DNA of 64,000 nt from Paramecium tetraurelia (GCA_000165425.1 CT868672.1:178048-242047); one strand, 5' to 3'. Positions 38,745-55,125 are shown, counted from the first letter of the stretch. The notes: a model not told the origin generated them from the sequence alone. Program-made: numbers and translations.

Positions 38745-39752
38745 TCATTTTTTAATTGTTGATCTCTTGGATTTATCATTAAACTCATTGATATCACCAA
38801 TTAAAAACATAATCTCATTGAAATCAGTTGAGGTTTCTTTGCTATTTTAATTACTCTTTGGAGTCTTAGACAAGATTTTTGGTTTAAATGTGCATGCTTT
38901 TATTTCTTTCTCTTACTTTTTGAGCACTTCATTCTTTATCTTATTGTCGACCCTCTGTTTCCATTACTCATTCCTTCTACTCACCATCAAATTCTTCTCT
39001 GGCTTTTATTGGTTAATGACTCCATATTAACCCCATTTCTATGGAGAATTAGATTATTTTCTATGTAATTTAGCATAGCTTGAAGTTGAATTTTAAAAAT
39101 AGGTCACAGAATTCTTAATAGGATTTTTAGATGGACTAAAAAAATGCTAAGCAGAACTAGATTTACTATTTGGTGATCTTTTAACTTTGCTAATATCAAT
39201 TTATATAACATCACTCTTCTCTAATCTTTTAGATGATGGATTTTCAATTTATGCTTATGATTTTTAAATTTACTATAATTATTTAGTTTTTTATTCAAAC
39301 CACTCTTTATCAATAATAGGCTTAGGATGTGGTTCTGGATTGGGAGATGTTTAAGAAACAATTAGTTTTTCTTGTTGTTGCAGATTATTAAGCAGAGTCA
39401 TTAGAATCTTTTGTTATTATCTCAAGGTTTCAAGTTCCTTTTCTGTCGATTCTTATTACTTAATTGGACTCTCACTTTGATACCTCCTAGTAGATTCGCT
39501 AAACTTATTATCAGTCATTTTTCTGTTAGATTCACTCATCTTGATGTATGAATCATATTTCTTAAGAGTCAATCTAACGTCCTTCTGAATGTCCTTGATT
39601 AATGTGGATGAATGTCGAGCCATTTATTAAGCTTAAAATAAATTTTCATTAAGTTTGATATTTTCTATGTCTGGTTTAACAGAATTGATGACTCTTTATG
39701 CATATGTGACTTCATGTATTCTTTTTTTCTTCTAACAATGCAAATTATTCAT
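38745..39752 (-). CDS. Hypothetical protein
   Basis: MNNLHCQKKKRIHEVTYAQRVINSVKPD...; ends DKSKRSTIKK-TGA. Confidence 0.7.
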
Positions 39753-40105
39753 AATAAAAATAATAATTTTAGAATTTTCATTATATTTAATCCAAAATAA
39801 TTTAGGTTAGGTTAGACTATTACAAAATACAGTAGTATATTAGTATTAGTTAATTAATCATAAACTTCTAATTATAAGAATAGATTACATTATAAGTATA
39901 TTGGGTGTTCCAAAGATATTCGTTTTTTATTGATATCAATTTATAATGAATTTACTTATTTATTCTTAAAACAGCCTTTAATAGAATTTGATTACAAAAA
40001 TGTAGTATAGAGTATGTGTAATGGAGTTTATCAATCTTTTGTATTATATATTAATAATAAGATGATGAGAGTGAAATGTTTTAATAAATTTTATATATAA
40101 TTATA

Positions 40106-41890
<1,785 letters not shown>

Positions 41891-42304
41891 TTGCAAATTT
41901 TTTTTTTCTTTAATATTCTAATAAAATGCCATTTTCATAATTTGTTGTGAAAAGTCTTCGAATGAACTATTTGATATATTTCAACAATCGTTCAATTCTA
42001 TTTATTGATTAAATGGTCAATCCAATCAATTTAAATATCAACAATTAGGGAAACTTAATTCAACTAACAAATGCCCTTCAAATTGAAATTTCTTCAAGTA
42101 ATTTCAATTCTGTAGTATACTCTTAATAATTATACATAAAATAAGATGGGTTTCTCTGAAACATATTAAAATGTAATTAATAATTTGAATTACTTAATAG
42201 TCTATTGATTTAATGGTTTTTTTTTGTATAGGCTCAGAAATGTGCATGTTACCAAGGTGATGCTGAATATATTTCGTTAAATTATTTATATTATATTAAA
42301 CTAT

Positions 42305-44149
42305 ATGTAAAATCAATAAAAAATAAGAGTGGCGGTTCGTGTTAGACCTTTGCTAGATTTGGAGAAAAAATAGGGACATTCTAATTCAAAAATAGATTGC
42401 AATGGATAGGAAGTAATAATAAAGGAGGAGAGGAATAAAAAAAGCTATAAGTAAGATGTAAATCAAGTAGATTCGATCATGTGTTACCTGAAACAGCCTC
42501 ATAAGATTAGGTTTTTAAGAGTTGCGAAATAGATTAATTAGTGTAATCTGTTATTGAGGGGTATCATGTGACAGTTTTTGCATATGGTTAGACAGGGTCT
42601 GGTAAAACACATACCATGGAAGGTTAAAGAGACGATGAAGGAGTTGCAATTAAGCAAGATGGCATAATCCCTAAAACAATTCATAGTTTGTTTAATAGAA
42701 TAAAATAAAATGCTCTTCAAAGAGACTTTTCTGTCTATTGTTCCTATTTGTAAATTTACAATGAAAAAATTTATGATCTTTTGGGAGAAGCAAGCAAGGT
42801 TAATTTTGGTATTTAAACTTCCGGTTTAAAAATGAGATGGAATGTGAGGGATCAGTTTGTTGTTGAAAACCTGTTTGTTTATCAATGCAAATCAGCGGAG
42901 GAAGTTATTAAATTATTCAAATTGGGAAGCAGGAATAGAATAACAGCCAGTCATAAATTGAACTTTTCGTCTTCTCGAAGTCATTCTATATTTGAAATCA
43001 AGATAGAAAGTGTGGATCTGAAAAATCCAGATTATTTCATAACTTCCAAATTAGAATTGGTAGATTTGGCAGGTTCTGAAAGAATCAGTCTCACAGGCAC
43101 TGAAGGTAGATAAGCTAAGGAGAGTATTGAAATAAACAAATCATTGATGACCTTGAGATAAGTGATAGCAATTTTGAGTGATGCAAACAATAAAACCATT
43201 CCTCCTTATAGAGATTCAAAGCTAACTAGTTTATTGAAGTAATCCATAGGAGGCAATTGTTTCTGCTTAATGATTGCATGCATAGCACCTTTGGATTCCT
43301 TCTATGATGAGAATGTGTCGACATTGTAGTATGCTACAAAAGTAAAGATCTCAAATTAACTTAGGCAGCCTACATAACCAATCTTCCGATGAAAAATGAT
43401 GATCCAAAACTCAAAGTCGTTAATGAGTTAAAATAGCAGATTAAGAGTTTAAAAGCGGAATTGAGTAGGGCTAATGAACATATAGAATCCTTATCGAATA
43501 TTGTTTAAAAGAAGGATAACAATCAAAGCCTCAATGGTGTTCAAACTAGGAGTAATTTTGACAACTTGTTAAAAAATCAATAGAGATTGTTGGAGTAGGA
43601 ATCTTCAGATGATGATGTTAAGAAATTTGATTAAGTGTAATAAAACGAGAGATTAATCGATTCAATCAATATGGTGAGGGAGTTGTTGTTTTCTAATAAG
43701 GAGATGAGGGAGAGGGAGGAGCAGATCAATTAGAAGTGTGAGGCTATGTATAGGGAAATTCAATTTTTACAGAAGGAGAACTTTGAGTTAAGAGAACGAT
43801 TGGGGGATCCTGATTCATAGTCTCCTCAGAAGAGGCCGTCCACTATTAAGAAGAATACGATGATGGTGGAGGAACTAGGGTTTTTGCCTGAGTAGGTGAC
43901 TCAATTTTAGAGGAACTTTTAGAAGGACTTCAGAGAGACTCAAAGTAAAGATTATAGGGATTAACAAATGTCTATGACAAATCAAAGTATTTTGACTTAT
44001 CTAAAATAGATATCAGAGCACATTCATAAAGAACGTAGGGTAGGTAATTGCCATTGATATCTAATTATCAGTAAAATTTTGAGGAAGTTCAATAAGATGA
44101 AATGACGAATTTTCGCAGAAGAAGTTTATATTAGAAATAATTTAAATGA
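42305..44149 (+). CDS. Kinesin motor, KIF12/kinesin-16-like
   Basis: IRVAVRVRP, GYHVTVFAYGQTGSGKTHTM, LKMRWNVRDQFVVENL, SSRSHSIF, LVDLAGSER, PYRDSKLTSLL; C-terminal coiled coil. Confidence 0.92.
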
Positions 44150-44209
44150 ATTTATATTAAGTGCTTTTCTCTGTCTATTTTGTTAATTATATTTATCATT
44201 ATATAAAAT

Positions 44210-45789
44210 ATGTCATTGAAGGATTTTTAGATTTTGTAAGAGTTAGGTAACAATTTAAACTATCAATTTTTAGGTGAAGGAGCGTATTCAAAGGTGTATA
44301 AAATAAAGAGAATTGCAGATCAATAGGAATATGCTCTAAAAAAGGTTAAACTCCAATCGCTTTCTGATAAGGAGAAACAGAATGCTCTCAATGAGGTAAG
44401 GATTTTAGCAAGTGTCAGACATGCAAATGTCATTCAATATAAAGAAGCGTTTTTAGAAGAATAGTCTTAAAGTTTGTGGTAACTTTCTCAAAATAACTTT
44501 ATTAGTATTGTAATGGAATATGCAGATGATGGTGATCTGTTTCAAAAAATAATAGAGAGTCAGAAAAAAGGAGTTCTCATGCCCGAGAAAGATATATGGA
44601 ATATCTTAATTTAAGTATGTTGAATAATTTATAAATAATTCAGATAGTAAAGGGACTCAAAGCATTGCATGACATGAAAATATACCACAGGGATTTGAAA
44701 TCAGCAAATGTATTTATGAATAGTGATGGAACTGTCAAATTGGGTGATATGAATGTATCTAAAGTTGCCAAGAAAATATTGCTCTACACTCAAACTGGAA
44801 CACCTTACTACGCATCTCCAGAAGTGTGGAAAGATTAGCCCTACGATTCTAAGTCAGACATTTGGTCTTTGGGCTGTGTTTTGTATGAAATGACAACTCT
44901 CAAGCCACCCTTTAGAGCAGAAGATATGAGTGGTCTTTATAAAAAGGTTGTCAAAGGATACTACCCTAAAATACCCACTATCTATAGTTAAGACCTAAGC
45001 AATGTGATAAGAGCACTCCTACAAGTCTAACCACATCTTAGACCAAGTTGCGATAAAATCTTGTAATTTCAGGCCATTGTGAATAGATTGGACGATAAGA
45101 TATTAGTGGAAGAGGAAGGTGCCAAATTGCTATTGTAGACTATCAGAGTTCCCAGAAATATGCACTATCTCACTGATAGACTACCAAAACCTAATTATAA
45201 TCCTATTAGAATGACAAAAGTAGATAAATATCAGTTTATTTAAACTTTGGCTGTTTAGAAACAGAACTAAGAAAATATGGAAGAAAATCATTCTATGAAT
45301 TTTGATTTCTTGCCAAGATTGAATAATAAAAGAGTTGATGACAGTCATGAGAACTCAGTCATCTCTAAGAACAATAAAAAGGTCGATGATTCTTAACTTG
45401 AGATGTATTAAAATAACCAACCTAAAAATAATTAAGTGGCTTCTATTTACAATCCACCAGTAAAAAAGATCGCCAGAATCTCAAATAAGCAATCCAAGGT
45501 AGATCCTCTTAAATAGCCTAAAAAACTGGACATTGAAGGAGAATCAAAACCTCTAATTATTAAAAGGTAAATTTACTATTAATATTAAAAATTACTTAGC
45601 ACTAAAAATGGAACTGAAGAGAGAACCCCCTTATTGCCACTTCTACCAAGCATTAAAAAGGAACCTCAAAAATTAGAAGAAGAATAACAACTCAAAAGAA
45701 TTAAATAAACTGAAGAATTAATCTAATAATTAAAGGAAAGACAACAGAAATAGAGAAGAAAGTAAAAATTAAGAAATCTTGATAATTGA
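44210..45789 (+). CDS. NIMA-related kinase (NEK; ciliate NRK/CNK2-like)
   Basis: LGEGAYSKV, EKQNALNEVRILAS, HRDLKSANVF, KLGDMNVSKV, TQTGTPYYASPEVW; C-terminal coiled coil. Confidence 0.94.
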
Positions 45790-45812
45790 TAATAGAATAT
45801 TTGATTTATAAT

Positions 45813-47239
45813 TCAAACTTTTTATACATCAGTAGCTTCTAACATTTCTCCGTCTTTTTAATTAATTTTTAAAGCATATTTAATATCTGATCTACAAAGA
45901 AAACATTATTTGGTTGTTTTTATAAGATTTTCAGAACAATTATTACAAATACCTCCATGATTACATGGATGTAATACAACATCGGGTTCATTTTCAAAAC
46001 AAATCAAACAACAATCTCCTGAATCTTGATTCTTTGGTTTCTTTTTCATCTATTTCACTATTGCTTAATATGGCGATTGCCTGAAGTTAATTGAATCTGG
46101 TCGTAATACATCACTGCAGATAGGAATAGAACTAGTATTACGAGTACTAGTGTCCACAGTTGATTATCTAGTAATCATTTTATAATATGATGCTGAAATT
46201 CTAATGAACATTATTGGAATTTTTAATTTTCTCCATTTTTTTGAAGAGGAACCTTTTGGTGATGTTTTTGGTATCGTATTTTACCTATGATCTAATTGCA
46301 ATACACCACTAAAGTAATAAAAGTATTATACATCAATTATTTCTTAATTCTTAAAGTAAAGAAAATAAATAAAAAGAGATATATTAGAACAAAGACTAAT
46401 ATAATAATAGATGCCAACTAAATATTACTTTATGAAGAGTCTTCTTCATAAAATTCACAAATAGTTTTTAATTGAAAGAAAGGAGGTATTGTTAATCCCA
46501 AGATGTAAAATATAAACCAAAATATGATTGTTCCTTAATAAAATTATAATTTTACCATTTATTTAAGGAATGTTTTTGAGGAAGCAATTCTCAACCATAG
46601 TTATCAATAACAATACTATTAGGAATGTGTTGATTCCAAGGGCCGTCCATGCTATTATGAATGTTTAATAGTAAGAGTATTCAAATAGGTTGTTCCACTT
46701 TAAGGATAACAGTAGTAGTTATATAGCATACAGAACAGAGTAAGAATGTGCAATCTAATTAATAGAATAATTTAGTACAATTATATGCTTCCTTTTGGAT
46801 GCATCATGGTTGAGAACAGAAAAAAGAAATAATCCAGTGGCAATTAATAAATGAGCTGCTGGTATGTAGTAGAGTCTCATTTCTTTAACTTCAAAGTGGA
46901 TCACTATCGTAATCTTATGTTTTCATAATAAATTATTTTACTTTAAAAGATATGCTCAATACTTTCTCTACAAAATTAACCACAGACAAAACTTTGGTTA
47001 TATTCTTATCGAGCATAATGATAATAAAAGAGGCCAAATCCATGAACCAAGCAAATATAATTACATATTTAGTATCAAATAACCAGATTAATTTGCAACT
47101 AAAGATTATCATGTAAAATTAGAAAGCGCAATTAAAAATGCCAATTCTGATAACTTCATTTGTAAACTAAAGAATTAATCTATAACTTAACTTCTTTTTC
47201 TGTTTCCCGTTAATTAATTTCTTCCTATGAAGGATTCAT
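45813..47239 (-). CDS. Multi-pass membrane protein with C-terminal C3HC4 RING (putative E3 ligase)
   Basis: Several TM segments, then CLICFENEPDVVLHPCNHGGICNNCSENLIKTTKQCFLCR. Confidence 0.88.
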
Positions 47240-47379
47240 AAATGGTGGTAATAATTTTTATCTTTTTGATTATTTATATAATCATCATTTAGAATTATTA
47301 AAACAAATCGATTTTTTAAACTCTTTGGAAAAATTAATATTTTTTTTTGATAGGATTACAAATTATAATAAAACTAAAA

Positions 47380-48224
47380 TCACTATAAAAAAGCACTCTA
47401 CTTGAGTTATCTTATGGTAGCTCTCTACAATGGATCCACTGATAAGCACATCAACAAAAATTCCTTCATTTCTATTGATGCACTCTGAGGGATTCTAGGG
47501 TATTCTCCACTCAATCCTATACTTAATAAGCTAGTTGCTGGATTATCAAAATTTATCTGTTCACTCCATGGAGGTCTACCTGTTATCATCTCTAGAATCA
47601 AACATCCAAAAGACCAAATATCTGAAGCAGGTCCAATTCTTTCTTATCTGACGACTTCAGGTGCCATCCATGGAACACTACCTTGTAAAATGCTTTAATA
47701 TAAGTTTTCTTTGTTTTGCCTACTACATCCAAAATCGGATATCTTCACATATCCATTAGAGTCTAGTAATATATTGCTTGATTTCAGATCTAAATGCAAT
47801 ATTCCTTTTTTATGCAAATACTCCAAGCCGTTGAGAATTTACTGAGTATATCTTTTCACGGTCTCCTCCTTGATTGGCCCAAAATCACTAAGCAACTAAG
47901 AAATAGATCCTAAGATTTAGAAGTTAGAAGTACCCATTGGCATAAATTCCTAATAAATTAGGATGCCATCCTTTGTATTTTCATGAGAGATATATTTTAT
48001 GATATTCTTATGTTAAAGAATTTATAAAAAAGACAATTCGACCTAAATAAGACTGTACATCTTACATCGAATTTTTACTGATCTTTTAAGTGATTTAGCA
48101 ATTTTTTACATGCAACAATTTCTCCTGTGTCCATGTTCATAGCCTGATAAACTTGGCCCTGTGATCCAGAACCAATCAATTTCCCTAATTTAAAGTCCAT
48201 CTTCTTAGTTGCACAATCCTTCAT
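47380..48224 (-). CDS. STE11/MAP3K-like Ser/Thr kinase (start at 48224 or 48200)
   Basis: [64 protein letters not shown]; two tiny introns. Confidence 0.9.
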
Positions 48225-48850
48225 TTAATTGAATCTGTTTATTGGATCAAGTGTTATGTGATGATTCGTTTTTCTTGGAACTTTTAAAACCCTATGTTTT
48301 AGCTGTCTGTTTTCATAATAAAATTTTGGAGTACTTCTGAGTGCCGATTCTTATCGTATTATTTACAGACTTCATAATTGTCTTTACCTAACTAAACAAT
48401 TATTTGTGAAATAATATAAAGAATATTTAACTAAAAATAAATATCTTAATAATAAACTGATATATTATTACTCCACATTTTATTGATAAACAAGGAATTC
48501 ATTCAATTCTGTCATTATACTAAGTATTTATACTCTAATAAGCTGATTTATTTTTGATAAATACATACGTAATCTAAAAATTGCATAAATTTGCTTTTTA
48601 TGGCGAAAATCTATAAAAATAGAAGAATTGATAGAGCAGAAATCCAATAGCAATGCTTTAGTGTTCCAATTTATATAGAATCATTTGAATTAACTAATTT
48701 TATCTCATGGATTTATAAAGAAAATATGAAAATTTGATTGATTTGATTTCAGTAAAACTATTATGCAAGAAGAACATATTGAGGAAATAAAATCGTAAGT
48801 CAGAACTATAAATTTTACTTTTTAATAATTATTTTTGTTTAAAGCAAAAA

Positions 48851-50022
48851 TCATTATCTAAAAATACCACCTTTCTTTAATGCATTTTCAGCATCTTTAA
48901 TAGCTAATAATTCATTATTGTATTGTTACAATAAATTGTTATGTGTTGCAGTTCTAATAAATTATAAATAACTATTAAATACTTTTCAATCCATCTATTT
49001 TAAGTTGCAACAAGGTTTTCTTATGCATCGGATAAATTACTTTAAGCATCTTATAATATTGCACTTAATGCTCTAATTTCAGATTGTTTGGTTGAGATTT
49101 CTGTTCCTAATAATGGAATCAAAACGTCTTATATTCCACTGACTTTAGCTTATGTTTCTGATAGTATATCTTATTATAATTTAGATTATGATTCATGTTG
49201 ATTTTATAAGGTTGTTTAAGCATCAATCAGATTTTATCTAAGTTAATTCATAAAATTGATGACTTTTTTAAGATTCTCCTAATCTACATAGTTGTTTTAT
49301 GATAATTATGCAAGTACATTTACTAAAGGTTGATAGAATACTCTTTTTGCTGATAATTTTTTCATACTAAGAGTTGTAATATGTAAGTCAATACCTTTTA
49401 TGCATATTTTAGGATACCTCCTTGATATGTTCTTTTTTTTAGATTAATGAAGTTTCATCTTTGATTTCATTAAGTAAGGCAATGGCTTAATCTAGAATAT
49501 TGATTGTATCAGCATATTCTGAATTTTGCTATTCAAACACAGAATTATCTGAGTTGATTTATTATTCCTTTTAGGCCAATAGTTTAATTGCATCATTTAG
49601 ATCTTGATTAGCTTCAGTTAAAAATGCTTATAAGCGTAATCCCTCATCACCTAATTCTTTGATTTCAATTTCCAATTGTGCAATCTAAGAGTTAATGATT
49701 AAAATAAACTTTGTTCTTAAAGTCATTTATTTAATTCTCATAGAATTAGACATCTGAAAAGTAAGATTGCTGATCAAGTTCATATGAAGAATTCTCCTCA
49801 TTAATTCTGGTTTAGAAAGATTCTGCCAATTCATCTAGAGCAACAAATAATTATTAGAAATTGAAATCCTTTGCTTATACTTCTGACAATCCAAGTATGA
49901 TTTTAGAGATGGGGTGTAATTTATCTGGCTAAATTGATTGAATTCCTTAGCTATGATGTTAAATGCATAAAATACTTAGCCAATATCAAATACAACAATG
50001 TAAACCCAATGAAAGTTTTCAT
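48851..50022 (-). CDS. Trichocyst matrix protein / granule-lattice-like secretory precursor
   Basis: Signal peptide MKTFIGFTLLYLILA, two acidic coiled-coil halves separated by SLIQ plus a basic linker (KKLSAKRVFYQPLVNVLAQL); ~360 aa; four tiny introns. Confidence 0.78.
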
Positions 50023-50178
50023 TATATATTAATTAATCACAAATCCGTTTTTATAATCATCTTTCTTTATTATTACGATTATATTATAAATTCCTCTTAA
50101 AATAATGATGATTTTAAATCAAGCTATTCCAGTTTGGATTTATAAGTAAACAACACAAATTATAAATAAATAATTAAA

Positions 50179-51264
50179 TCAATTTTTATAATTTTTGTTT
50201 TAACTTTTAGCATTCCTTGTACCTCTTAATTATTCTAAAATATGGTTGTCTATAGTGTAATTTAACATTTTATGACCTTAAGAAGTGTCTTGTTTTTTTA
50301 ATTTAGAATTGGATTCTCTATTTTTAGGTCTGAGTAGGAGAGAAATATAAAATTAATATGTACCTGGATTTTGGAAGTATGTAAAATTAATTTAAATTTG
50401 CATCTTAATCATCATATTCTGTCTTGATTTTAATGTTTTCTATGTTTTTTCTATCGCCAGCATTATTATTGCGATTGAAGTAGCCAGTATTGGTTTATGC
50501 AGACCTTTTATAGAATGTATTACTAAAATAACCAAATTAAAATACTTGCTGTTATTGTTTAACTACTTTTATTGTGCAATTTTTAATATTTGTTGAATTT
50601 GTTTAGATTGATTCTTCTTTTCTGAGGACAAGGTTGGCGTGGCTTTGAAGCCTATATTTGAATGAACTTTGTTGGTCACACTCTCTCGACCTTGACTTGC
50701 CATTGTTTAATCAGTCTACTTGGCTAAGGAGGAGTTGGATAGGTTCTAACCACGCATCTTCTATAATCTTGATATTTATTGGGAGATCAACCTTGAAGAT
50801 TTGGGATTCGGGATTGGCTTTTGGATGGAAAGAGTATCATCTTGAATCAAATCTGTTAATTTGATTAATCTTTCGTTAAGCAGTTTAATGAATTATGGTT
50901 GAGTTGCATCTGTGAAACGTTCTATATTGTCTTAATTCAATTAATAGAGAGTGACATCTTTGAGAGACTAGAGAGAATTATCGGAGGAGGATTCGTAGTC
51001 TTCTTTGGGAAACTTGAAGGAGTGATTGATTTTACATTTCTTAAATCTAGGAATAAGTGTAGGTATAATAGAATACTTGATTTCTATTTCTTATTTAAAA
51101 TCATCAACTTCTGAATCTTCATCCGGTTAAGTTTTGGTGATCATCTCAACAGGGGCAGAAGGTTTGGTTATCTTTTATAAAATAAGATATTTCATTAGAT
51201 CTTTGTCAAAATTGTATGGTTTTTTGATCTTAGGGCTTTTAGATTTTGTATTTCGGTTGGACAT
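50179..51264 (-). CDS. Hypothetical protein
   Basis: MSNRNTKSKSPKIKKPYNFDKDLMKYL...; tiny introns; TGA at 50179-50181 (3' frame less certain). Confidence 0.7.
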
Positions 51265-51312
51265 ATAAAATAAAAAATATAAAATAGTATATAAACTAAA
51301 TATATATATAAT

Positions 51313-52833
51313 TCAAACTAAAGCCAATCTACGAGTAACTTACTTTTGCTTCTATTAACTCAACAGCCATTGTTACACTGTGCTCAAAAGTGAGATCAAT
51401 TTTGTTAGATACTTATTGATTTTACTGATTTCAAATCTATCATACAACCCAGAGAGTAGATTAACATTATTGAAAGCATTTTTGTCACTGGCCAGACAGA
51501 GATACTAATACATCTCTAGTTTTCTATTTGGACTCATATGACTCAATAACACTCTATCCTTAATGGCCCCTATATTCAAATGAGGATTAGATATAACTAA
51601 TTTAGACATGTCAAATTCCCCTCCGATTTCTAAAAGCTGTGAATTATACTTAGGTTTCTTCTGTCTAATATTTGTATTGGCTTCTTCCTTGACTGATTTA
51701 GGATCTGGAATCTTTCTTTGGAAATATTTGACAGAACTTACAGTGGCTACTTTAATCTATTGAGGTTGAGTCAAGACAATTTCATAGCATTCATCATCCG
51801 ATGTTACAACATCAATGTCAACCACTTGATGCTCCCTATTGATTCTATTGGATAAGCTCCCCTATTCTAAACGACTCTAAGCCAATATTCTAACTCTCGA
51901 ATCAGGAACCTACAGTGATGATTAGATATTACATACTTCACAATAGCCTCCTATCATTTTTTCATGGAATTGCTTTGCTTTTTCAATTTGACCAACATAA
52001 AAGTAATATTTACCTAATAGATCATAGGCATAGAGTTCATGATTCTTCTCATTCAGTTTCCAAGCTGACATTAAATATTTCGTAAAATATAACTGGCTTA
52101 ATTTTGGTCGGACTCGGAGTAGACATTCACCTAATCCTCTGTATGCTTTCATCTTATTCCTATAATAGATTTCGTTGTCTGACAATCTTTTGCATAATTT
52201 ATAATAAATAGCTCCTGATAAGGGATTAAAGAACAGTTGTTCCATTTTACCAAAAATGTAACAAAACCTTTATTGTATACACAAATTTTTCTATTTAAAA
52301 CATTCCTACATGATTTCTTTCATTTCCTGCTCACTCTTCTCTCGATTTTGTTTGTATTGCTATAAGTTCTGTATCTTTTTAATTAAAACTTCCAGACTTT
52401 GTATTGCTTCATTGAGATATTTGGTAATGCAATTCTCAATTTCCTACTCATCCAAACTCTACTGATCTTTCAAAGCAGTAACTTCATCAGAATAATACTT
52501 GATTATGCTTTGCGATATTTGATATTATCTTGTCTTCTTTAATAATGTCTCCGGGTTTGTTACCAATGTCTAAGGTGCCTTGTATACATTGAATAAATCG
52601 CTGTTTCGTAGCATATTTCGAGATTTCTTCTGTGATCTTACTTTGCTTTGAAAAGGCAGATTGACAAGAGGAGGTAAATCCAATTTTAATTATTCTGTTG
52701 ATTCAGTTTACATCTTCATCTAACTGGTAATCAAAAATCGACGATGGGATTTCTGTGTTCTTGTGAAATCAGTTCCAGAAATCCCAAAACTATCTGTATT
52801 AGTGCTTTCCAATTTACTTTTCAGCTTTTTCAT
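51313..52833 (-). CDS. TPR-containing hypothetical protein
   Basis: MKKLKSKLEST...; KMKAYRGLGECL...ELYAYDLLGKYYFYVGQIEKAKQFH (track ORF 51922-52245); ends RRLALV-TGA. Confidence 0.78.
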
Positions 52834-52865
52834 AATTAGATTAATTTTATAGATAATTTGACTAA

Positions 52866-54660
52866 ATGAAGAATAATTGTAATTTGTGTCGATAAAGTAC
52901 AAAGTAACTCATATTGGATAAATTACAAACCAAATACTTCGAAGCTTTCAATTTCTATTTCGCTAAACCTATAAATGAAATCCTGTCTTAAATTACGAAC
53001 GCTCCTCATGTAATTTATTATAAGGATTATCTGATATTAGATGAGCAATAGGAATTCATGAAAAGGTAGTTGAACTTCCTTAAATTGTAGATATTATAAG
53101 TAGGAAGAAGTCAAACCAAGACTAGATATATTGACTGAATTTTATGTGACCAATTACAAAGATTCACATCCCTATCTTTTGATTGTCGATTAACATCAAC
53201 TGATGATTAAGCGCAATAAGCGAATCGACAAACTCTATTATTAGAGAGTCTAATAAAGTGAGCATTCAAACAAATCAAATAACCCTATCGTTATTAACAA
53301 CGTCCTCAATTCAAAACTATCCTCAAAATCATAAATCAGTTATGAAACCGAAGAGCATGACATTTACTCATCGCAAGACAAACCTAACAAACTCAGCCGT
53401 CTAGACTTCAAAGGCCTAAATATCATCAATTTCCAAGAAGAAACCTAATAATTAAATGAGCTGCTCGATAAGCAATACCTCACCATAAATTAGATGAGCA
53501 ACTAACTCAAAAAACTACCATCGCACTTCTATCTGAGATCCCCTCCCTAAAGTTAACAAACCATTTCCACCAATATCATAAAGGATTTACATGCTATGAA
53601 AAATGTTAAACGCAGAACTAATCATGTCGATTTGCGTGAAAAGAAGGGTATTTCATTCTCCTTTACATTTTAGCCATTCTCGCCAATTCCAAGAGCGAAT
53701 CCAAGCATTCCTAATCCAGCTTTAAAATGTCCAAAATCAAGGATTCAGTTGATCAATAAGTGGATTAATTTCAAGAATATGTGTCTGCTCATATTGAACC
53801 TATTGATTTGGAAGAGAAGAATAAAACCTAGAAACACGATAATAATCAAGTCATCTAGAAGATGCTTAGAGAATACTAGGGAAATACTAACCGATAATTG
53901 AGATCAACCATTTCTTAAGATCTGATTGTCGCTAGCACATCTACTGTGATCTAAGGATTCTAGGGTTCTTAAAAGAGTATCAAATAAGATCAAAATAATA
54001 ACAACAATGGCAGCATACAGAACATATCTTAACGACAAGAACAATTAAAAAAAGTGTATTAACCAATCAATATTTAATAAAAAAAGATAAATTAAAATTA
54101 ATTGGATAAAATTACCAAAGGAGGCTCCCTTACTGATAGAAACACTAAGCAATTGCCTATTGCTGAAGATTTATTCCACAAATTGCACGATTTGAAAATT
54201 AGAAGCTCATAAAATGCTGATTAACAAAAGAAACCTGAATTCAACTATATGATACCCTCCCAATACAATACACTTACTAATTTCAAGATGAATAGTAATT
54301 CCAAAGCGAAATCCTAATATTCTAAGAAGGTTGCTGCAGTCGATTTAGGCACCAAGTCTTAGCATCAACAAGCAAATCACAGTTAATCCAAGGTTTTGAA
54401 CATTAACTCTTAAAAAACAGATGACATAGTCAAAAAATACATTTAGATGGCTACTTAGTCAATATAAAATCATAAGAAATTTGATTTCAAATTGAATCTC
54501 TAAAATTTAAATAACAATGAACCCCATGTGGAAGAGGATTTTTGTAATTATTGCAAATTATTTAGAAAATAAACGTCTAAATTTTCTTACAGAAAGACAC
54601 AGCTAATAACAAGAGAGAGATTAATTTATAACTCATAGAAAATTTGTGATTAAATAATGA
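52866..54660 (+). CDS. Hypothetical protein
   Basis: MKNNCNLCRQSTKQLILDKLQTKYFEAFNFYFAKPINEIL...; three tiny introns; ends THRKFVIKQ-TGA. Confidence 0.75.
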
Positions 54661-54668
54661 TTAATAAA

Positions 54669-55088
54669 ATGATTAATATTTTAAAGTAATATTCTAAATT
54701 TTATGCCTTCATATCCATAAAGGAAATGAAAATGAGCAGAAAGCCTGTTGAAATCCACTAGACAGATTTAGAGTGGAAGTTCATTAAGGGTGGGGGTCCA
54801 GGGGGTCAAGCCATCAATAAAACTTCAAATTGTGTGCAATTGACTCACACCCCAACAGGAATATAGATTAAATGCCAAAAAAGTAGAGATCTCGAAACAA
54901 ATAAGAATTATGCAATAAAAGCATTAAAAGAAAAATTGGATGAATAAATCAATGGAACCAATAGTTTGGCTAATATAAAAGCTTAGAAACTGCAGAAATA
55001 AAAATAAAGAAGGCAGAGGAGAAGTAATGAAAAATATGGGCATAATAAATTATAAGAGGATGTAAAATAAGAAATTTAGAATGAGTGA
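54669..55088 (+). CDS. MTRFR: Mitochondrial ribosome-rescue peptidyl-tRNA hydrolase (C12orf65/mtRF-R-like)
   Basis: [44 protein letters not shown] domain only plus basic C-terminal tail; presequence-like N-terminus. Confidence 0.88.
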
Positions 55089-55125
55089 GAATAATTTGTT
55101 TTAATTATTTATAAATATAATTAAA

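Noticed and set aside
48221..48390. Upstream minus-strand frame whose TGA overlaps the kinase ATG (ATGA), resembling bacterial translational coupling; a similar ATGA lies at 57896-57899
   Set aside because: The partner frames lack convincing starts or homology, and ATGA arises often by chance in AT-rich DNA.
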